Shown here: positions 50,244 through 58,971 of the stretch, piece by piece
How positions within the stretch are numbered: the stretch's first letter is position 1
Layout: each line of letters starts with the position of its first letter
Assembly (NCBI RefSeq): GCF_002113885.1
Contig: NW_018406089.1
Coordinates: 260,351 to 319,321, forward strand
Direction: 5' to 3'
DNA: 58,971 nucleotides
DNA from: Mizuhopecten yessoensis
Taxonomy: Eukaryota
Translations under genes and position numbers: made by a program
Notes under the pieces: generated by a model
What the model saw: only the letters and a program-made list of their open reading frames with translations
The model's database searches: none
What the model was told of the DNA's origin: nothing

Positions 50244-52194
50244 GTTGATACTGTCGTCTATCTTGATACCTTCGTATTGTTTGAATTAAGATTGTGTGAG
50301 TCAGTTTATATACGTACTCAGTACGTGATAATTACATCAATATACCTTTTCGATAGTCAGATCTATATTTAGTTTATCGCTTCGTCAGCAGCTGTTAGTT
50401 TCAGACCCTGCAAAGTGGGCCAGGATCAAATTTATTGAAAAAGGCTGAAACCCTTACAACAATTAACTGAATGGATATATGTAAGAAAATTTTGATGTTC
50501 TCACTGAAAGTATGAACATGTTATTTATAAGCCCAATAAAGAAAACTCTTTATTTCTTAGTCACCTGTACGAACTTATCGATCAGGCTTCGAAGTGACCT
50601 TTGAACCCCATCACATATGATAGATTTATAGTTAGTCGCGAGTCAGTACGGCAGGACTGAATTATAGTAAAGAAATTCTGAAGATTTTATTAGAGTAAAC
50701 CCTTCAGATCTAGATTTTTTTAAAGCCAAATCTAAAATCATAGACATTATATTTCTATTATTTCTTAACTCAATATTCAAAAAAATGTATAGTTTTCACC
50801 TTTACGAGCTTATTGATCAGGCTAAGAGACGGCCTTTACCTGCCTGACGTCATGGATTTGATATGTCATGATCTGTCGTGCAAGTTTACAAGATGATTTA
50901 CGTTATAAAGGAAATAACAAACGTCACGAAAAAAGTTATTTTGTACACATTTTAATCTTATCAATGTGAATTAATACATATTAATGATTCTAAACTATAG
51001 TTACGTTTAGTCTAGATCTATTTTAGTTTCTTAAACAACATTCCAACTTCGGCCACGAAACGGCCTGCATACACGGTATACGCAAGTCTATATACATGTT
51101 GTCAGATTTATATTTAGATTATCGCTTTGTCAGCGACTGCTAGTTTTGCGGAGAACGGATCTAAACAGAGCCATTCCTGATTAATTCAGTCGCTTTTAAT
51201 GAAAGAAGACGTGTAGGCTTCATCGCAATTCAAGTTTAAATACAATGAAAATTATAACAGAAACACGTAAAATATACCGATAAACAGACTATAATCTTAA
51301 GAACTCTTGTTAAATGATTTAATAATTTCATTTGGCTGCTGAACTAACTATATTGTACTACTATATATCATTCGGAACACCTCGCCTTTGCTACCTAGAA
51401 AATGACGAAAGGGTATTCCGAATGTATTATATATAAGAGTGCTATTTTGTTTACAAATAAAATTGTATGACATTAAGTATGTAATACATTTAATAACGTT
51501 CCCCACAGGCTTAATGACTACAGTGTTGACTCAATCACTTCTAAAATATGGTCATATTTAATAATCAAATGCATGTTGACTTGCTCAAGCCAAAAAAAGT
51601 AGGTATTTCGTTGGGAAAAATCTGTGTTCCGTGCTCCTCTTCGTGCCAAGTTGTTTTATCCGTATGAGGCTCAAATGTTTTAAAGAGTTATTTAGACTGG
51701 TGACAAAATCGTCTATATCTTTTTGTAATATGAATGCCGTTATTTTTATTATGCTCATTAGCATGTCTTGTTATTGTGCTGTCACTCTCCCTGTTTTCAC
51801 TTTCAGGACGTGACATTTCTTAGATTTACATGTTAAGGGTTTATTTCCAAGTCCTGATACGCTTTTCAGCAAAAATCAGCCTCATACGAGAACCCAAACA
51901 AGTAGGCCAAACTATGTCTACAGTTTGCTGGAAAATCTTGCCATCTTACTCAACTAAGATATTTATCAACCACGAACTCAATCATTCCCATGATAACTTA
52001 AAGATATAGTTGATATATACCAGATTTCCATTAGAAAACAAACTGGAAGTCATCTTTAGAATTGATTTCTTTATTGTTTTCTCCAGAATTATGATAATTC
52101 CTGTGTTGAGTTTGAAAAACGATCAAAGCGTGTATAATTAAATAATATCTATTACACCAATATCGCTCAGCAATAGCAACACAAAGAAAACAAA

Positions 52195-52805
52195 GTGCAA
52201 TATACAGATATGTACAAAACAGGTAATATATTTACAGATATGTACAAAATAGGTAATATATTTACAGATATAAACAAAACAGGTAATATTTTTACAGATA
52301 CAAGAAACAGGTATTTTTTTTTTACAGATATGAACAAAACAGGTAATATTTTTACAGATATAAACAAAACACGTAATATTTTACAGATATAAACAAAACA
52401 GGTGATATTTTTACAGATATTAACAAAACTGGTGGTATTTTTACAAATACGTACAAAACAGGTAATATTTTACAGATGTAATCTTAACGAAAGGTAATAT
52501 TTTACAGATATGTAAAAAACAAAAAGTAATATTTTACAAATATGTACAAAACAAAAGGTTATATTTTACAAATTTGTACAAAACAAATGGTAATATTTTT
52601 ACAGATATGTAAAAAAAAAAAGCAAACTTTTTTAGAAATATGAAGAATACAGAAGACAATATTGTTTTACAAAAATGTACAAAAATCAAGGTCATATTAT
52701 TACAGACAAACACAAAACAAAACGTCAAACTTTTACTGTCACGAACAAAACAGAAAAGGCGTGTTTTTAAACAGATATGTACACAAATCAAGGTAATATG
52801 AATCA
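52195..52805. repeat. ~30-bp degenerate minisatellite
   Basis: Unit tttacagatat(g/a)(t/a)acaaaacaggtaatatt. Confidence 0.85.
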
Positions 52806-53154
52806 CATACAGGTATGACGTAGGAAAGACTCTAAAAGGGATATTTCGTCATTAACGTTACGATCCCTTTTTATACATTGAGTTTGGGCATACAAAGTCA
52901 CAAAGTAGTGCTTTTGTAATTTAAAACGCACATTTAAATGACAAATTCGGAAACTTTGATACCTACGTAAATGAGCAACTCTACAGAAGCAGTACGGGTT
53001 AGAAGTAGAACAGTGTGTGTCTTCCTTCCATTATACTAATAGACGGATAGAAGACATTACATTCTTAACGGAGTATTGAATTTGTTTTCATCATTGTTTT
53101 TGTTTTGTTTGACTTATCACAAAAAGCAAAATAGATCACGCACATTTTTTTTAT

Positions 53155-54660
53155 TTACAATAGAGCAAACTGTGTTGGTCCTGGTTTACAATCACGTTTA
53201 CAACAATTTGAACTCTCTTTAAGGCACCTGAAACAAAACGAAAAATTACAACCTTGGTATTTGCAGTCCATAGCTCTGCATCCTCCGGTATGCTCGATAA
53301 CAGAAAAACACCTGGGACATGCTCGCCGCAATGGACAAGTCATGTCATCCATCGTCATGTTAGGAGAGTCATGTATAAGTGATATGATTGTTTCGTTAAT
53401 GACCGGAATTTCCTGACAGGAGTTGTGCATTGTATAAGCAAACAATGTGTTCCCTATCAATTGTTTATCCTGTTTACTTGTGTTTGCGGATTTGCCAACA
53501 TCCTTCATACTCCAGAGCGTACCACATGTATAGGCATGGGTACTGTAGACAAATGGACATGTAATTGTTGTCTTCCCCTTTTCCAACTCGCTCCAACAAT
53601 AGTCTTATATCGCTTGTGGTGCTGAAACAGACAATTAGCGTTACATGTGATATAACAACTTCTGTTAGTAAACACAAGGTTTGTTAGTGTGTGTAGTGAT
53701 AGGAATGCGTTTCGTCCTATTATCAAGTAATGTAACCCGCGGCTAATTAAATCGGTTACGTCACCATCATCGATTTCTGATCCTGGTTTGCTTATTTCAT
53801 AAATTAAATCAGTGTTTAGCCAAGGATGACATCAAGCCACAAATGAACTCCGATCGACCTATGCAACAATACACAAAAAGTGTAAAGTCCTCGTGTCGAC
53901 TGTCATATCATATTGCTGTTACTTGTTCAACTTTGTATGTATGTTTTAATTGTTTTAGTCATTACCAGATGTAATACTTTTCAAGCTGACAGGTTTTTGA
54001 GATGATGCGTTTTAAGAACTAAATAATATTTTATTAAATGTTGTATTGTAGCAATCACTATCGACAGATTTGTGCTACTGATTTTCTCACACACACACTC
54101 TAGGTTTTCTCACTCCCGACTCCTTGGGGATAAATCTGCTAGGAGTTGGTAAATGTTTTTGGTAACCCAATAGTGGGTACTATCCTGGATGTTATTTCAT
54201 TGGTCAATCTTCTAATAATGACGATGCTTTGCGACGTCGACTTTCATTGTGACGTCATAGTTCAAGGCTGTTTTCCCTATCATCAACAGAAATAAGATAT
54301 TCCTACGAGAAACATAAGACTTTCTAGATATAATATCTAAACGTTGTGGAGAAAAAGGCCCACAAATGGTTGATTATCATGTTTATATTATTCTTGGTGA
54401 ACCTCGTATCTTTATACAATTTGAAAATTAAATAACTCGAGTAAGATAAGCATGATTAACCACTCTTCACTCGTTGGGGAACCTCTATTTCTAGAACTGT
54501 CATAACGTGCACCCTTATATTCAATATGAACGACATCACCGTCCTTGAAAGTCTTGCTCAACAGTTGGCGCTTGTTGGCGTGAATAATCGTCCTGCGAAG
54601 TGGATACCTGATGAAGGTTCAGGTCGGTAGACGTTTTAACAGGGTGGTCAGCATCTGTCT
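53155..54660 (-). pseudogene. Divergent mini-RBR copy F, pseudogene
   Basis: Exon-2-like segment from 54660 (RQMLTTLLKRLPT*...KTFKDGDVV) with TGA at 54619-54621 and no recognisable CGH half; exon 3 53621-53155 (PQAI*DYCWSELEKG...RRACPRC..GGCRAMDC..CNFSFCFRC) with TAA at 53605-53607; exon 1 not found. Confidence 0.8.
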
Positions 54661-55044
54661 CTGAAAAATTCATTTGCAAAAAGCTTAGTATTTAGGATAC
54701 ATTATATTGAATAGGAGAGGAACTTTCTCATAAAACGACAAAATTTGTGTTCTTCTAATTGCCTGGTTTCCATTATTCCTTACAAAGTGACCTAGTGTCT
54801 CCTCTACATTGATAAGGTGTCAAACATTTTCAACTATATATTTCCCAACATGTTGAAGAGATTGTGAGAGCTCTAACAGAAAATGTTCAGCTAATTGTGG
54901 CGCACCCCAATTACTACATTTACATGTTTATAAAATAAGTCTTTAGAAATATTCTGATCTACGTCACACCTATCCGCCACTCTGATGTAAACAGGTAATG
55001 TACAAGTTATGATACACACAAAACTGTACTGATATAAAGTCATA

Positions 55045-56430
55045 CACACGTCTTGTTATGTAACAATTACATCGGATAACACATTAACGTCTTGTTATGT
55101 AACAATTACATAAGATAAAACATTAACGTCTTGTTATGTAACAATTACATCTGATAAAACATTAACGTCTTGTTATGTAACGAGTACATAGGATAAAACA
55201 TTTACGTCTTGTTATGTAACAATTACATAAGATAAAACATTAACGTCTTGTTGTTATGTAACAATTATATAAGATAAAAAAAAACGTCTTGTTATGTAAC
55301 AATTATATAAGATAAAACATTAACGTCTTGTTATGTAACAATTACATAAGATAAAACATTAACGTCCTGTTGTTATGTAACAATTATATAAGATAAAACA
55401 TTAACGTCTTGTTAGGTAACATTTTCATAAGATAAAACATTAACGTCTTGCTATGTAACATTTACATAAGATTAAACATTAACGTCTTGTTAGGTAACAT
55501 TTACATAAGATAAAACATTAACGTCCTGTTATGGAACGAGTACATAGGATAAAACATTTACGTCTTGGTATGTAACAATTACATAAGATTAATAATTAAC
55601 GTCTTGTTATGTAACAATTACGTAAGATAAATCATTAACGTCTTGTTATGTAACAATTACATAAGATTAATCATTAACGTCTTGTTATGTAACAATTACA
55701 TAAGATGAATCATTAACGTCTTGTTATGTAACAATTACAAAAGATAAATCATTAACGTCTTGTTATGTAACAATTACATAAGATAAATCATTAACGTCTT
55801 GTTATGTAACAATTACAAAAGATAAAACATTAACGTCTTGTAATGTAACAATTACATAAGATAAAACATTACCGTCATGTTGTTATGCAACTATCACATC
55901 TGATAAAACATTAACGTCTTGTTATGTAACAATTACATAAGATAAAACATTAACGTCTTGCTATGTAACATTTACATAAGATTAAACATTAACGTCTTGT
56001 TATGTAACTATTACATCTGATAAAACATTAACGTCTTGTAATATAACAAAACTGATAAAACATTAACATCTTGTAATGTAACTATTACATAAGATAAAAC
56101 ATTAACGTCTTGTAATGTAACAATTACATCTGATAAAACATTAACATCCTGTAATGTAACTATTACATCTGATAAAACATTAACGTCTTGTTGTTATGTA
56201 ACTATTACATCTGATAAAACGTTAAAGTCTTGTTATGTAACGATTACATAAGATAAAACATTAACGTCTTGTTGTTATGTAACTATTACATCTGATAAAA
56301 CATTAACGTCTTGTAATGTAACAATTATATCTGATAAAACATTAACGTCTTGTTATGTAACAATTAAATAAGATAAAACATTAACGTCTTGTTATGTAAC
56401 AATTACATCTGATAAAACATTAATGTCTTG
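55045..56430. repeat. 39-bp satellite array (family 1)
   Basis: Unit aacgtcttgttatgtaacaattacataagataaaacatt, ~35 diverged copies. Confidence 0.93.
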
Positions 56431-56439
56431 GCCTCTATC

Positions 56440-57455
56440 ATTTGTATGAAACAATCGGAGACATATACTCATCTTGTAACAGAAATGAAACAATAGGAAG
56501 ACACACAAACGTTTTGTTATGAAACAAGCGGAGACATATAATCATCTTGTAACAGAAATGAAACAATCTCATTCGGAGACACATACTCATCTTGTAACAG
56601 AAATGAAACAATCGGAGACATATAATCATCTTGTAACAGAAATGAAAAAATTGGAGACACATAATCATTTTGTAACAGAAATGAAACAATCGCATTCGGA
56701 GACACTTACTCATCTTGTAACAGGAATGAAACAATTGGAGACACATACACATCTTGTAACAGAAATGAAACAATTGGAGACACATACACATCTTGTAACA
56801 GGAATGAAACAATTGGAGACATAAACTCATCTTGTAAGAGAAATGAAACAATCGGGGACATAATCATCTTGTAACAGAAATGTGACAATCAGAGACACAT
56901 AATCATCTTGTGACAGAAATGGAACAATCAGAGACATTTAATCATCTTGTAACAATAATGAAACAAATTGAGACATATAATCATCTTGAAACAGAAATGA
57001 CACAATTGGAGACACATAATCATCTTGTAACAGAAATGACTCAATTGAAGACACATAATCATCTTGTAATAGAAATGAAACAATCAGAGACATTTAATCA
57101 TCTTGTAACAGAAATGAAACAATTGGAGACACATAATCATCTTGTAACAGAAATGAAACAATTGGAGACACATAATCATCATGTAACAGAAATGAAACAA
57201 TCGGAGACATCTTATCGTCTTATAACGAGAATGAAACAATCGGGGACACATAATAATCTTGAATCACAAATGAAACAATCGGAGACATATAATTATCTTG
57301 TAACAGAAATGAAAAAAATGGAGACTTATAATCATCTTGAAACAGAAATGACACAAAATTGGAGACACATAATAATCTTGTAACAGAAATGAAACAATCG
57401 GAGACATATAATCATCTTGTAACGGAAATGAAACAATAAGAAGACACACAAACGT
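56440..57455. repeat. 39-bp satellite array (family 2)
   Basis: Unit gaaatgaaacaat(c/t)ggagacacataatcatcttgtaaca; yields 13-aa periodic ORFs. Confidence 0.93.
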
Positions 57456-58129
57456 CGGTTTCTAATGTGAAAGTAGGAGACATGAGAACGTCTAACAATA
57501 AATTACATACAAACGTTTGGTTATATAACAAAAGGAGACACAAAACCGCCTCACAAAGTGACGTCAGGAGACATTAAACGGTGTCGTGATGTAACATCAG
57601 GGACAGTTAAACGTCACGTGATGTAACACCGTGGAAGATATACAAGTGTTTTGTGAGGTGCCAAGTATTTAGGAAAAGAAGTTACAAATATGAGGAATAT
57701 TTCGATGCAAGCATTTTTAAAAAATCTCTTTAATCTTTACACTGACTGAGAGTTTTTTCTGAGTATGTAATTGTCAGAGGTTAAATTATTTAGCTATTCC
57801 AAGTTTAAGTTAATTTAAGCCCTCTAAACATACATGTAGGAGGGTTGCTTTAATTATTTAGCTTATTTCAATTCACACGCTCATGTCAGATGTCAAAGAT
57901 ATAGTAATATTTTGTTTATATCAGGCAATATAAAAGTTAATATATCAAGCAATCATGCAATAATGAATAATTAAATAAAATAACAAACAGGCAAAGCATG
58001 TGATTAAAAGCCCAAAGGCTTCAAATTTAAATTCATGTTTAGTCTATTTGGTCAGATAAGGAAATGAAAAGAAGTATTTTTTTTAACTAAATATATAAAG
58101 CATCTGTGGAGCAACAAATGTTCTATTTT

Positions 58130-58971
58130 ACAATTCATGATAAATCATGCAGGACCAGAGTCCTGACAAGTCAATCCATGATAAATCATGCAGGACCAGA
58201 GTCCTTACGAGACAATTCATGATAAATCATGAAGGACCAGAGTCCTGACAAGTCAATTTATGAAAAATCATGCAGGACCAGAGTCCTGACAAGTGAATTC
58301 AGGATCAATCAAGCAGGACCAGAGTCCGGACAAGTCAATTCATGATAAATCATGCAGTACCAGAGTCCTTACGAGACAATTCATGATAAATCATGCAGGC
58401 CCAGAGTTCTGACAGGTCAATTCATGATAAATCATGCAGGCCCAGAGTCCTGACGAGACAATTCATGATAAATCATGCAGGCCCAGAGTTCTGACAAGTC
58501 AGTTCATGGTAAATCATGCAGGACCAGAGTCCTGACAAGTGAATTCAGGATCAATCAAGCAGGACCAGAGTCCGGACAAGTCAATTTATGAAAAATCATG
58601 CAGGACCAGAGTCCTGACAAGTCAATCCATGATAAATCATGCAGGACCAGAGTCTTGACAAGTCAATTTATGAAAAATCATGCAGGACCAGAGTCCTGAC
58701 AAGACAATTCAGGATCAATCAAGCAGGACCAGAGCCCTGACAAGTCAATTCAGGATCAATCAAGCAGGACCAGAGTCCTAACAAGTCAATTCATGATAAA
58801 TCATGCAAGACCAGAGTCCTGACAAGTCAATTCATGATAACTCATCCAGGACCAGAGCCTGACAAGTCAATTAATGATAAATCATGCAGGACCAGAGTCC
58901 TGACAAGTCAATTCAGGATCAATCAAGCAGGACCAGAGTCCTGACAAGTCAATTCATGATAAATCATGCAG
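58130..58971. repeat. 41-bp satellite array running off the window end
   Basis: Unit attcatgataaatcatgcaggaccagagtcctgacaagtca, ~20 copies, several variants. Confidence 0.93.

Larger units (their letters stand above)
41090..50660. repeat. Segmental tandem duplication, unit 2
   Basis: Colinear with 27430-40087 but lacking the 2466-bp transposase segment and the 875-bp (GA)n-embedded element. Confidence 0.92.

Noticed and set aside
54619-54621. In-frame TGA in copy F as selenocysteine or readthrough
   Set aside because: It aligns to Gly, not Cys, in paralogs; the same copy also has a TAA and lacks the CGH half of exon 2.
56438-57449. Periodic ORFs (MKQLETHNHLVTE repeats)
   Set aside because: By-product of a 39-bp satellite with a unit divisible by 3; frames break at indels and there is no splice or promoter support.

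Overview
AT-rich, intron-rich animal genomic DNA; the repeat types suggest a bivalve mollusc (inference). From 1 to 19 kb there are two conserved housekeeping genes arranged head-to-head: MPPE1/PGAP5 (minus strand, 3' end runs off the window) and a complete 6-exon MDP1 (plus strand). Their introns are filled with minisatellites, LINE fragments and Helentron/HINE-type elements. From 25 to 55 kb there is a minus-strand tandem array of small 3-exon genes: five intact copies, one divergent pseudogene, two exon-3 relics, one orphan first exon and one orphan promoter. They encode ~261-266 aa proteins with a ubiquitin-like N-terminus, a half-degenerate RING1 and an RBR Rcat/RING2 domain that keeps the catalytic Cys but has no IBR domain and no catalytic His. 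This apparent 'IBR-less mini-RBR' E3 family shares a TATA + MEF2-site + half-CRE promoter module and is the best candidate for an undescribed system. The array arose partly through a ~10-13 kb tandem segmental duplication. The two units differ by a direct-repeat-bounded DDE transposase segment and a (GA)n-embedded element, and share an apparently gene-converted ~1.8 kb tract. Several tiny MITEs, a SINE-in-SINE insertion and terminal satellite arrays are also present. All calls were made by eye; no searches were run.
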